Part shown: positions 10,133 to 19,915 of the stretch, piece after piece
Layout: each line of letters starts with the position of its first letter
How positions within the stretch are numbered: the first letter of the stretch is position 1
Source of the DNA: Endomicrobiaceae bacterium
GTDB lineage: Bacteria; Elusimicrobiota; Endomicrobiia; Endomicrobiales; Endomicrobiaceae
NCBI GenBank assembly: GCA_045586665.1
Contig: JAZNAT010000160.1
Span: 1-62,011, forward strand
Reading direction: 5' to 3'
Length of the DNA: 62,011 bases
Notes under the pieces: generated by a model
Told to the model about the DNA's origin: nothing
What the model saw: only the letters and a program-made list of their open reading frames with translations
Database searches by the model: none
Position numbers and translations under genes: made by a program

Positions 10133-10773
10133 ATGTTTCTTCAATTATAGACCATACTCTTTTAAAACCTACAGCAACTTACGGCGATTTTAAGATTTTA
10201 TGCGAACAGGCGATAGTAAACGGTTTCTATTCGGTATGTGTACCTTCTTATATGGTAAGATCTTGTAAAAAAGCACTTTCAGGTACGACCGTTAAAGTAT
10301 GTACGGTTGTGGGATTTCCGTTAGGATACAGCGATTATCTTGCAAAAATTATAGAAACCAAACAAAGTATAAAATACGGTGCCGACGAGATAGATGCCGT
10401 AATAAACGTATCCGCATTGAAATCAAAAGATTTTAAGTACGTTGAAAAAGAAATTGCTTTGTTGAGAAAAACCGTTGAAAATAAAGTTTTAAAAATAATA
10501 ATTGAAACGGCATATTTAAGCGAAGAAGAAAAAAACAAAGTTGCAAAAATGATTTTGAAAAACGGAGTTGATTTTTTGAAAACATCGACCGGTTTTGCGC
10601 CGTCAGGAGCTACCATTGAAGACGTTAAATTTTTTAAAAAGATACTGGCAAACAACGTAAAAATAAAAGCTTCCGGCGGAATATCCACGTATAAGCAGGC
10701 GGAAGAACTTATAAGAGCCGGTGCGAACAGACTCGGAACTTCAAAATCGTTGCAGATTATAAACAATGAATAA
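10126..10773 (+). CDS. deoC: deoxyribose-phosphate aldolase
   Basis: 'IDHTLLKP', 'VCTVVGFPLG', Schiff-base Lys context 'FLKTSTGF', 'KASGGI'. Confidence 0.9.
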   Translation: MVNVSSIIDHTLLKPTATYGDFKILCEQAIVNGFYSVCVPSYMVRSCKKALSGTTVKVCTVVGFPLGYSDYLAKIIETKQSIKYGADEIDAVINVSALKSKDFKYVEKEIALLRKTVENKVLKIIIETAYLSEEEKNKVAKMILKNGVDFLKTSTGFAPSGATIEDVKFFKKILANNVKIKASGGISTYKQAEELIRAGANRLGTSKSLQIINNE

Positions 10774-12448
10774 AATAAACAGATTTACGTTCAAGCATAT
10801 ATCGTCGATATTCCTGTTCAGCGTATTGACTCTTTTCATATGGTGCTTTTTCATTTATGTTTTTTTTGACTGCAGTTTAAAGCGAGAGCTCTCTCCGTTA
10901 ATTGAAAATTCAAAACAGCTGTTGTACGATATCGTAAACAAAGATTTAGATTCGGAAAAAATAAAAAAGTTCGTTTATGAAACGGAAAAAAGCGATTATG
11001 TCCGCTATGTTAGAGTAATAAACAAAAAAGTTCCTGCACAAAATAAAAAAAAATCTTTTTTCATATCTCTTTTGGAAATATCTTATCCTATAAAAAATAA
11101 AGACTCAGTTGCGGGTTATGTTGAAATTTTGCCTTCTCACAAATTGTTTGACGAAGTTTTTTCGGACGGAGTCAATTTGACGGTCTTAATTTTCTCAGTG
11201 TTTGTTTTATTATGTTTTTTGGTATTTGCGTTTTATTTTTGTATGCAGAAATATATCGTGCAGCCGTTCAATCAGATAAGAACCGTAATAAACGATATTT
11301 TATCAAACGAGGAAATATCCGTAGACGAAAATAACGGATACGCCGTTTGGAACGAAGTTTTCGGTGATTTAAAAAAACTCAACAACAACGTTTTTGACAT
11401 AAATACGACAATGAAATTGTTGTTTTCGACATCAAATGCGGCAGGTTCGGATTTTGAACTGGTAAATTCCGTACAGTTGATTTTTGATATCATAAAAAAA
11501 AGAATAAAAACCGCCATGTGTGCATTGTTTGTGCCGGATGACAGCGGTCATTTGAAAATCGTTGCAAAAAGCGGTTTTATAAAAAACGACATTGCTCTTA
11601 TTTGTAAAGACGAAAATAATTTTATATGGAACTGTTACGAGAAATCTTTTGAAGTTTTTATTAACGACATTTCCGGTAGTGATAAAAAAAATTTAGGAGA
11701 TTTATACGATGATACGGACGGTTCTTTTGCAACGTTGCCTTTAATTGATGAAGATTTGGTTTGTATGGGGGTTTTGGTTGTAATTACAAAAACGAAAGAT
11801 TCGTTTCACGGTGACGTAATCGGTTTTGTAAAAAATCTGTCCGGACATCTTATCGCTTTGATTAAAAGGATGAAGTATTATAAAAAAATAAAAGAAACAA
11901 GCAGAAAACTTGAAACGGAACTTCAAACGACTTCAAAAGAACTTGCAAAAGCAAACGATTTGATCGTCAAAAAAGTAAAAGACTTGAATTTGCTTTCGGA
12001 TGTTTATTCTTATATATGTAAAAAAATTGATATAAGAGATATAATAGCTTATATTATAAATAAAGTTAAGGAATCCGTTGCGGTTGAAACAGTTGGCATT
12101 CTTATTTATAATAAAGACGAACACAGCCTTACATGCGTTAAAAACTCGTTCGGATTGGACAGGGACTTAAATTTTTATAATAAAAAAGGTACAATTTATG
12201 ATAAAGTCATAGAAAATAAAAGTACCGTAGTTTTTAATTCCGTTAATGAGATGGACGGCTATTTGAAAGACGATTTGCAGAATTATGTAAAAATAAATTC
12301 TGCGGTTTTTGTACCGGTACTTGTTAAAGACGCCGTTTATGCGATTTTTGCGGCAGTCAACAAAAACGACTCGGATCGTTTCGGTGCATATGACGTTAAA
12401 ATGTTGGAACATATATCCGGTATTTTTTCCGGTATAATAAAGATATGA
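10766..12448 (+). CDS. membrane protein: TM / extracytoplasmic loop / TM / HAMP-like / GAF / coiled coil / GAF, with no output domain
   Basis: Two hydrophobic helices (about aa 13-35 and 138-160). A juxtamembrane amphipathic segment is followed by two GAF-like modules separated by a coiled coil ('KETSRKLETELQTTSKELAKANDL'). No kinase, cyclase or DNA-binding motif was seen. The ATGA junction overlaps the deoC stop. Confidence 0.55.
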   Translation: MNKINRFTFKHISSIFLFSVLTLFIWCFFIYVFFDCSLKRELSPLIENSKQLLYDIVNKDLDSEKIKKFVYETEKSDYVRYVRVINKKVPAQNKKKSFFISLLEISYPIKNKDSVAGYVEILPSHKLFDEVFSDGVNLTVLIFSVFVLLCFLVFAFYFCMQKYIVQPFNQIRTVINDILSNEEISVDENNGYAVWNEVFGDLKKLNNNVFDINTTMKLLFSTSNAAGSDFELVNSVQLIFDIIKKRIKTAMCALFVPDDSGHLKIVAKSGFIKNDIALICKDENNFIWNCYEKSFEVFINDISGSDKKNLGDLYDDTDGSFATLPLIDEDLVCMGVLVVITKTKDSFHGDVIGFVKNLSGHLIALIKRMKYYKKIKETSRKLETELQTTSKELAKANDLIVKKVKDLNLLSDVYSYICKKIDIRDIIAYIINKVKESVAVETVGILIYNKDEHSLTCVKNSFGLDRDLNFYNKKGTIYDKVIENKSTVVFNSVNEMDGYLKDDLQNYVKINSAVFVPVLVKDAVYAIFAAVNKNDSDRFGAYDVKMLEHISGIFSGIIKI

Positions 12449-12494
12449 ATTTGTTATAATGTATTAATTTTTGAGTCTAAAATGGGGGCTACAA

Positions 12495-13319
12495 ATGGAA
12501 ATTGCCGATTTGAAAAGCATATCAGCATCAGTTAGAAAAGAAATACTTAAGATGTTGCATAAAGCAGGGTCAGGTCATCCGGGAGGAAGTTTGTCCTGCG
12601 TGGAACTTGTTACGGATTTATATTATAATCATATGAATTTTAACCCTGAAATTCCTCAGGATAAAAACAGAGATTATTTCGTTTTGTCAAAAGGACATGT
12701 TTGTCCTGTTTTGTATGCTGTTTTGGCACAGATAGGATGTTTTGCAAAACAAGAGCTTGACACCTTGCGAAAAATCGGAAGCCGTTTGCAAGGACACCCG
12801 GCAAAAGACAAAAAACTTCCCGGTATAGAAGTTTCTACCGGTTCTTTGGGATACGGTCTTTCAATCGGTGTCGGAATTGCAAAAGGTATGAAAACGTTGA
12901 AACAAAAGAACAGAGTTTATGTTCTTATGGGCGACGGTGAACAGCAGGAAGGTTCCGTTTGGGAAGCGGTTATGGCTGCGGCACACTTCAAACTTGACAA
13001 CTTATGTGCGATTATAGATTGGAACGGTTTGCAGATAGACGGTAAAGTAGAAGACGTTTTAAACATAGGTTCCATATCGGAAAAATATAAATCGTTCGGT
13101 TGGAACGTTATTGAAATAGACGGGCACAATCTTAAAGAGGTAGACGATGCATATTCGAAATCCGAAACGGTTAAAGATAAACCGACGGTAATCGTTGCAA
13201 AAACCGTTAAAGGCAAAGGTGTTTCTTTTATGGAAAACGTTTCCGGCTGGCACGGAAAAGCTCCCAACAAAGAACAGTTGGAGAAAGCGTTAAAGGAAAT
13301 AGACGAAAGTTTAAAATAA
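12495..13319 (+). CDS. transketolase, N-terminal (TPP-binding) subunit
   Basis: 'GSGHPGGSLS', 'SKGH', 'GSLGYGLS', 'GDGEQQEGSVWEA' motifs. Start moved to ATG 12495, in frame with track ORF 12471. Confidence 0.9.
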   Translation: MEIADLKSISASVRKEILKMLHKAGSGHPGGSLSCVELVTDLYYNHMNFNPEIPQDKNRDYFVLSKGHVCPVLYAVLAQIGCFAKQELDTLRKIGSRLQGHPAKDKKLPGIEVSTGSLGYGLSIGVGIAKGMKTLKQKNRVYVLMGDGEQQEGSVWEAVMAAAHFKLDNLCAIIDWNGLQIDGKVEDVLNIGSISEKYKSFGWNVIEIDGHNLKEVDDAYSKSETVKDKPTVIVAKTVKGKGVSFMENVSGWHGKAPNKEQLEKALKEIDESLK

Positions 13320-13356
13320 TATTTGAAATAACATAAAATATAAAAGGGTACAATTT

Positions 13357-14304
13357 ATGGTAAAAGTTTTCGGTAATAAAGCTACAAGATTCGGGTTCGG
13401 CGAAGGGCTTGTCGAACTGGGTAAAAAAGACGATAAAATTTTTGTTTTAGGTGCCGATACGGTATCGTCGGTTGCAATAAACGAGTTTCAAAACAGTTTT
13501 CCCGACAGATTTGCCAACGTCGGTATAGCCGAAACGAATTTGTTAGGTATGGCGGCAGGGCTTGCCGTTGCCGGTTTTACGCCTTTCGTTTCAACTTACG
13601 GTGTTTTTGCTTCCGGAAGGCCTTGGGAACAAATAAGAACTACAATATGCTATTCCAATCTGAACGTAAAAATCGGAGGTTCTCATTCGGGGCTAATGGT
13701 AGGTCCCGACGGAGCAACGCATCAGGCCTTGGAAGAAATATCCATAATGAGATGCTTGCCTCACATGACGGTACTTGTTCCATGCGACGTTGTGGAAACA
13801 AAGAAAGCGACTATGGCTGCAGCTTATTATGACGGTCCGGTTTATATAAGATACGGGAGAGAGAGTATTCCGATAATAACCGAGGAAGATACTCCTTTTG
13901 AAATAGGTAAAGCGATAAAAATGAAAGAAGGCAGTGACGTTTGCATTGCGGCTTGCGGGTCTATGGTTTATGAGGCATTGTCCGCTGCCGAAATTTTGGA
14001 AAAAGAAGGAATAAAAGCGAGAGTATTGAATATTCATACGATAAAACCGATAGACGAACAGGCAATTGTAAGTGCCGCCGAAGACTGCGGTGCGATAGTT
14101 ACTGCCGAAGAGCACCAAATATGCGGCGGATTCGGAAGTGCAGTTGCCGAAGTTGTAGTAAAAAAGTGTCCGGTTCCTATGGAATTTGTGGGCGTTAACG
14201 ATACTTTCGGGGAATCCGGTGCACCGGCGGACTTGATTGTCAAATACGGATTAAAAGACGTAAATATAGTAAATGCCGTAAAAAAAGTTTTGAAAAGAAA
14301 ATAA
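13357..14304 (+). CDS. transketolase, C-terminal (pyrimidine-binding) subunit
   Basis: 'GIAETNLLGMAAGLA', 'GPDGATHQALEEI' motifs. Sits directly after the N-terminal subunit. Confidence 0.9.
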   Translation: MVKVFGNKATRFGFGEGLVELGKKDDKIFVLGADTVSSVAINEFQNSFPDRFANVGIAETNLLGMAAGLAVAGFTPFVSTYGVFASGRPWEQIRTTICYSNLNVKIGGSHSGLMVGPDGATHQALEEISIMRCLPHMTVLVPCDVVETKKATMAAAYYDGPVYIRYGRESIPIITEEDTPFEIGKAIKMKEGSDVCIAACGSMVYEALSAAEILEKEGIKARVLNIHTIKPIDEQAIVSAAEDCGAIVTAEEHQICGGFGSAVAEVVVKKCPVPMEFVGVNDTFGESGAPADLIVKYGLKDVNIVNAVKKVLKRK

Positions 14305-14410
14305 ATACATTTGCGATAAATAATTGATAAATTTAGTCGTTCTTTTAATAAAAATCTTTTTCAATTAAAAGATAGTTGTTAATTATAAATTGTCGTTTTA
14401 AGAGGTTGTA

Positions 14411-15670
14411 ATGTCGGATATAAACAGAATAGTTTTAATAGTTTTGGACAGTCTGGGTGTAGGGGAACTTCCGGACGCTGCAAAATATAACGATGTAGGT
14501 GCAAATACTTTAAAACACATTTTTGAAAGTATGGACGAAGATTTTACGCTTGAAAATCTCGCTAAACTCGGCTTATACAACATAGTCGCCTCTCCTTACG
14601 ATTATAAACCTGAAAACGTTATAGGCTGTTACGGTAAAATGGCGACGTTGTCTCCTGCAAAAGATACGACTGCTGGTCATTGGGAGCTTTCAGGCATCGT
14701 TTTGGATAAACCTTTTCCGACGTATCCTAACGGATTTCCTAAAGATTTGATAGAAGAGTTTGAAAGAAGGATAGGCAGTAAGGTTTTGGGCAACTGTGTA
14801 GCCTCAGGTACGGAAATTATACAACGTTTGGGAGAAGAGCATTATAAAACGTTAAGACCTATAGTTTATACTTCGGCGGATTCCGTTTTTCAAATAGCTG
14901 CGGCCGAAGATTCGAGACAATTCGGCGGTCTTAGAAAACTTTATGATATTTGCCGTACGGCAAGAGAGCTTCTTAGCGGAGAACATGCCGTCGGCAGAGT
15001 TATAGCAAGACCTTTCATACGCAAGCCTGACGGTACTTTTGAAAGAACGCCCAACAGACAGGATTTTTCTTTGTCTCCGACAGGAACTACGATTTTGGAT
15101 AAAATAAAAAATATCGGCGGCAACGTTACCGCAATAGGTAAAATTAAAGATATTTTCAACGGTAAAGGTATTTTGGTAAGTTATGCAACCAAAGGAAATT
15201 CTACCGGAATACAGTGGACGATTAACAGTATAATAGAACCTAAAATTTTAGGTTATACCAGAGAAGGGTCCGAGGAGTTTTTGCTTGACTCAGATATTTC
15301 AAGAAAACAGCTTGTTTTTACTAATCTTGTAGATTTCGACATGCTTTGGGGACACAGAAGAAATGTGTTCGCTTATGCTCAAGGATTAAAATTTTTTGAC
15401 AGACAGCTTCCGAAAATTATTGAAGCGATGAGCGACAACGATTTGCTTATAATAACCGCCGATCACGGATGCGATCCGACATATATGAAACATACCGACC
15501 ATACCAGAGAATACGTTCCTCTGCTTGTCTACGGTAAAACAATAAAACAAAACGTTAATTTGGGAACAAGAAAAACTTTATCCGACGTGGCTCAAACGAT
15601 AGCCGATATTTTTGAAATAAGCCATATGAAAAACGGTACAAGTTTTAAGGACGAAATACTTGATGAATAA
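14411..15670 (+). CDS. deoB: phosphopentomutase
   Basis: '[13 protein letters not shown]', 'TADHGCDPT', '[12 protein letters not shown]' signatures. Confidence 0.9.
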   Translation: MSDINRIVLIVLDSLGVGELPDAAKYNDVGANTLKHIFESMDEDFTLENLAKLGLYNIVASPYDYKPENVIGCYGKMATLSPAKDTTAGHWELSGIVLDKPFPTYPNGFPKDLIEEFERRIGSKVLGNCVASGTEIIQRLGEEHYKTLRPIVYTSADSVFQIAAAEDSRQFGGLRKLYDICRTARELLSGEHAVGRVIARPFIRKPDGTFERTPNRQDFSLSPTGTTILDKIKNIGGNVTAIGKIKDIFNGKGILVSYATKGNSTGIQWTINSIIEPKILGYTREGSEEFLLDSDISRKQLVFTNLVDFDMLWGHRRNVFAYAQGLKFFDRQLPKIIEAMSDNDLLIITADHGCDPTYMKHTDHTREYVPLLVYGKTIKQNVNLGTRKTLSDVAQTIADIFEISHMKNGTSFKDEILDE

Positions 15671-16490
15671 AAAAAACGTTACGGACGAAATAAACGAAAG
15701 TAAAAAATATATAGAAAAAAGAACGAAAGTCCGCCCGGAAATCGCTATAATTGCAGGGTCAGGACTTAACAATATTAAAAGTTTGATAAAAGAACAAACG
15801 GTTATTTCTTACTCTAAAATACCGCATTTTAAACGTTCCACCGTTGAAGGTCATACCGGTGAGCTCGTCGCCGGGAAAATCGGCGGTAAAGACATTTTCT
15901 TATTTAACGGAAGAGTCCATTATTACGAAGGCTATACTATGCAGGAAATTTCTTATCCTGTAAGAGTAATGAAAAGTTTGGGAGTGGAAACGTTAATCGT
16001 GACTTGTGCGGTAGGTGCGGTAAACAAAAAATATAATCCCGGTGATATTGTCGTAATAAAAGACCACATAAACTTTTCCGGCAGCAATCCCTTGATAGGC
16101 AAACATTACAAAGAGTTCGGCGCAAGGTTTCCCGATATGAGCGAAGTATACGATAAAAGTTTTAGAAAAAAAGTTATAAAAAACGCAAAAAATAAAAATA
16201 TAAAAATATATGAGGGGACTTATTTTGCCGTGAGCGGTCCGTCTTATGAAACGCCTGCGGAAATTTTAGTTTTTGCTGCACTTGGCGCAGACGTTGTCGG
16301 TATGTCGCTTGTTGCCGAATCAATTGTTGCAAAACAGTCCGGTATGAAAGTTTTGGCATTAACTTACGTATCAAACAAAGCAAGCGGTTTGGCAAAAAAG
16401 AGTTTGTCTCATAAAGAAGTTTTGGATGCAGGCAAAAAAGCGTCAGAAAATATGGAAAAAATAATAAAAGATTTTGTAAGGAAATCATAG
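15663..16490 (+). CDS. punA: purine nucleoside phosphorylase (trimeric PNP/MTAP class)
   Basis: 'IIAGSGL', '[11 protein letters not shown]', 'GRVHYYEG', 'GPSYETPAE', 'GADVVGMS' motifs. An ATG at 15663 or a TTG at 15660 overlaps the deoB 3' end. Confidence 0.85.
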   Translation: MNKKNVTDEINESKKYIEKRTKVRPEIAIIAGSGLNNIKSLIKEQTVISYSKIPHFKRSTVEGHTGELVAGKIGGKDIFLFNGRVHYYEGYTMQEISYPVRVMKSLGVETLIVTCAVGAVNKKYNPGDIVVIKDHINFSGSNPLIGKHYKEFGARFPDMSEVYDKSFRKKVIKNAKNKNIKIYEGTYFAVSGPSYETPAEILVFAALGADVVGMSLVAESIVAKQSGMKVLALTYVSNKASGLAKKSLSHKEVLDAGKKASENMEKIIKDFVRKS

Positions 16491-17791
16491 TGAGAGCCTA
16501 CGACATAATTTATAAAAAAAGAAACGGTCTTAAACTATCAAAAGAAGAAATTTCTTTTATGGTTGAAGGATACGATAAATCGGAAATTGCAGACTATCAA
16601 ATGTCTGCTTTTTTAATGTCGGTATATTTTCGTTCTTTGGACGATGAAGAAACTTTTGCATTTACCGAATCTATGGCAAAGTCCGGTAAAATTCTGGATT
16701 TAAGTTTTTTGCCCGGACCTGTTGCCGACAAACATTCTACCGGAGGTGTAGGCGACGGTACCTCTCTTGTAATTGCTCCGGTACTTGCGGCTTGCGGCGT
16801 GTATGTGCCTATGATGTCCGGGCGAGCTCTTGGACATACCGGCGGCACGCTCGATAAATTGGAATCAATTCCGGGTTTTGACGTGAATCTTGATACGGAT
16901 GAGTTTGTTTCCGTTTTGAAAAAAAATAATTTTGCAATGATAGGTCAAACCGAAGAAGTTGCACCCGTAGATAAAAAAATGTATTCGTTAAGAGACGTTA
17001 CGGCAACGGTTGAATCTATACCTCTCATTTGTTCAAGCATAATGTCAAAAAAAATTGCCGAAGGAGCAAAAAACATTCTTCTTGACGTTAAAACGGGCAG
17101 TGCCGCTTTTATACGAAAATATGAAGATTCGAAATTGTTGGCACAAAAAATGGTAAATGTCGGTAAAATTTTTAACAGAAACGTTACTGCGGTGATTACC
17201 GATATGAACGAACCGTTAGGCAGTGCCGCAGGTAATTCTTTGGAATTGATTCAGACGATAGAAGTTCTTAAAGATAAAGTAAAGAACGATTTTTCGGAGT
17301 TTTGTTTACAGCTGTCGGCGCTTATGCTGGTAATGACAAACGCGGCAAAAGATGTGAAACAAGGCATAAAAATTGCAGAAGACAAAATAGTTTCCGGGCA
17401 AGCCTTGGAAAAATTTATAAAAATGATAGAATTACAGAAAGGAAACACGAAAGTTATAGACGATTATTCCGTTTTCAAACAGGCGAAAAATGTTTATAAA
17501 ATCAAATCCGATAAAGACGGATACTTTAAGTTCGTTAACACGAGAAACGTCGGGATAGCATCATGCCTTTTAGGTGCGGGTAGACTTAAAGTTGAAGACA
17601 AAATAGACCATAGTGCCGGAATAACTCTTTGTAAAAAGACCGGCGATTACGTGCGAAAGAATGAAATTTTATTCGAACTTTACTATAATAAGTGTGATAT
17701 GGATAACGTTGTTTCCGTGTTGAGTTCGTCTTATGAAATAATTGATGAAAAAATTGAAAAAAATAAAAGAATAAAAGATATAATAAATTAG
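16490..17791 (+). CDS. pdp: pyrimidine-nucleoside (thymidine) phosphorylase
   Basis: 'DKHSTGGVGD', 'SGRALGHTGGTLDKLESIPG' motifs. The GTG start shares one base with the punA stop. Confidence 0.9.
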   Translation: MRAYDIIYKKRNGLKLSKEEISFMVEGYDKSEIADYQMSAFLMSVYFRSLDDEETFAFTESMAKSGKILDLSFLPGPVADKHSTGGVGDGTSLVIAPVLAACGVYVPMMSGRALGHTGGTLDKLESIPGFDVNLDTDEFVSVLKKNNFAMIGQTEEVAPVDKKMYSLRDVTATVESIPLICSSIMSKKIAEGAKNILLDVKTGSAAFIRKYEDSKLLAQKMVNVGKIFNRNVTAVITDMNEPLGSAAGNSLELIQTIEVLKDKVKNDFSEFCLQLSALMLVMTNAAKDVKQGIKIAEDKIVSGQALEKFIKMIELQKGNTKVIDDYSVFKQAKNVYKIKSDKDGYFKFVNTRNVGIASCLLGAGRLKVEDKIDHSAGITLCKKTGDYVRKNEILFELYYNKCDMDNVVSVLSSSYEIIDEKIEKNKRIKDIIN

Positions 17792-17799
17792 AGGCGGTT

Positions 17800-19800
17800 T
17801 TGCAAGAAGATAAAAAATGGGTACTTCAAGATGTTGATAAAGAAGCTTTGTTAAGTTTACAAAAACAAACGGATTTGCCGGAAACCGTTTTGAAAATTTT
17901 GCTGGCAAGAGGTTTTAAAGAGCTTCAATCAATAAAAGATTTCGTTTTTCCGAAAAAAGAAGAATTGTTCAATCCTTTTCTGCTTGACGGTATGTATAAG
18001 TCGGTACTAAGGATAAAACGAGTTATAGAAGAACGTGAAAAAATTCTTATTTATGCCGACAGAGACGTTGACGGGATAACGTCTTTGGCTGTTTTATATA
18101 ATACCATTTTCTTGCTCAGCGGAGACGTCGTATGGTACATACCTTCCGATGAAGGTTATGGGCTTTCCTGTAATGTTTTGGATAAATACAAAAAAGAAAA
18201 CGTAAACTTGGTAATAACGGTTGACTGCGGAATATCTGCGGTAAAAGAAGTCAAATATGCAAACTCTTTACAAATGGATGTTATAGTTACCGACCATCAT
18301 GAACCTCCGCAAGACGGTCTTCCTGAAGCTTTTTCCGTTATTGATCCTAAAATAAGTTCGTGTAGTTATCCTTTTAAAGAACTTGCCGGCTGCGGCGTTT
18401 CTTTTAAACTGTCACAGGCGTTAATGCAGACTTACGGCAGATATTTCGATAAAAAAGTTGCGCTTATTACCGTAGATAAAAATACGTGTTACGTCATAAT
18501 TCTTGTAAACGATATCGTTGTGAGTGAGTTTGAAAAATCGGTTAACGAGGCGGATTTGTCCGGATGTTCAAAAATCATTACCGACGGTTCGGTATCTTTA
18601 TCCGTTTTCAAAAATATTGAAAACGTTCCGGAAACCGAAGAAGTTGAAATAAAAGACGAAACGGAACGAACTTCTCTGAAACAAAAGGCTTATGAGCTTT
18701 TAAAACTTTACCGTAAAAAAGAATTTTTTGATGACGGACGTATGCTTGAGTTTTTTGAAAATAACGTGGATTTGGTTGCAATAGGTTCGATTGCCGATAT
18801 AGTACCTTTGATAAACGAAAACAGAACTCTTGTAAAAAACGGGCTTGAAATCTTAAATGACAACTGTTCGAAAAGATTCGGACTCGGTTACATTTTTGAA
18901 GAATATTTGAAAAATAAAAGTATCTGTGCAAAAGCCATATCGTGGAATGTTGCACCAATTTTGAATGCCGCAGGCAGAATGGGCAATGCTGCAATCGCTG
19001 CAGAGCTTCTTCTTGCCGACGACAAATATAAAGCAAACGATTTTTTTATCGAACTTAAAAAGTTGAATAACGACAGAAAAGAGCTACAAAACGAAAACAT
19101 AAAAATGTTTGACGTTTTATTAAAACAACAGTGCGATATTGAAAAAGACAATATATTCGTCGTTTCGGCAAAAGATTTGTCTCACGGTGTTACCGGGATT
19201 GTAGCTTCGCAAATGGTAAAAGTTTACGGTAAGCCGGTAATTCTTTTTATAGAAGATAAAGAAAAGGCCGAAGCTACCGGTGCATGCCGGTCAATAGACG
19301 GGTTTGACATAATAGCGGCTTTGGACAAAACCAAAGATTTGCTCATCAAGTTCGGCGGACATAATCAGGCTGCCGGTCTTACGATAAAGACCGAAAACAT
19401 AGAACGTTTCAGAAACGAAATAAAGCAAATAGCTGACGAAGCCATTTCAAAAGAGATGGTTTTAAAAAAAATAGTCGTTGACTGCGAACTTAAAATTACC
19501 GACATAAACAAAAAAACTTATAAAGATTTGCTCCTTTTGGAACCGTTCGGAGCATCAAATGCAACTCCGGTATTTTTGTTAAAAAACGTAAGCTTTGAAG
19601 AGATGACTGTTATAGGACCAAAACACGACCATTTAAAGTTTAAAGTATGTAAAGACGGCATAAGTGTTAATGCACTGTTTTGGAGCGGCGCAAAATATAA
19701 AGATACGTTCGGATATAAAGACAGGTTTGACATTTTGTTCAATATGGACATAAACAGGGACAATATCCAACTCATAATTTTAGATGTTGAAAATATATGA
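17800..19800 (+). CDS. recJ: single-stranded-DNA-specific exonuclease RecJ
   Basis: DHH motifs 'IYADRDVDGITS', 'VDCG', 'VTDHHEP'. 'GSIADIVPL', 'LNAAGRM', and DHHA1 'FGGHNQAAG'. TTG start. Confidence 0.9.
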   Translation: MQEDKKWVLQDVDKEALLSLQKQTDLPETVLKILLARGFKELQSIKDFVFPKKEELFNPFLLDGMYKSVLRIKRVIEEREKILIYADRDVDGITSLAVLYNTIFLLSGDVVWYIPSDEGYGLSCNVLDKYKKENVNLVITVDCGISAVKEVKYANSLQMDVIVTDHHEPPQDGLPEAFSVIDPKISSCSYPFKELAGCGVSFKLSQALMQTYGRYFDKKVALITVDKNTCYVIILVNDIVVSEFEKSVNEADLSGCSKIITDGSVSLSVFKNIENVPETEEVEIKDETERTSLKQKAYELLKLYRKKEFFDDGRMLEFFENNVDLVAIGSIADIVPLINENRTLVKNGLEILNDNCSKRFGLGYIFEEYLKNKSICAKAISWNVAPILNAAGRMGNAAIAAELLLADDKYKANDFFIELKKLNNDRKELQNENIKMFDVLLKQQCDIEKDNIFVVSAKDLSHGVTGIVASQMVKVYGKPVILFIEDKEKAEATGACRSIDGFDIIAALDKTKDLLIKFGGHNQAAGLTIKTENIERFRNEIKQIADEAISKEMVLKKIVVDCELKITDINKKTYKDLLLLEPFGASNATPVFLLKNVSFEEMTVIGPKHDHLKFKVCKDGISVNALFWSGAKYKDTFGYKDRFDILFNMDINRDNIQLIILDVENI

Positions 19801-19830
19801 AAAACGGACGTTTTTAACGCGTGTATTTTG

Positions 19831-19859
19831 TTGACAGTTAGGTTAGTAATTGTTAAAAT
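19831..19859 (+). promoter_or_regulatory. sigma-70-type promoter upstream of ppdK
   Basis: TTGACA (19831-19836), 17-nt spacer, TAAAAT (19854-19859). Lies 57 nt upstream of the ATG. Confidence 0.6.
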
Positions 19860-19915
19860 CTCTAAAGTTATTTGTTGATATTTTTCCAAATAAAAATAAA
19901 TAAACGAGACTAAGT

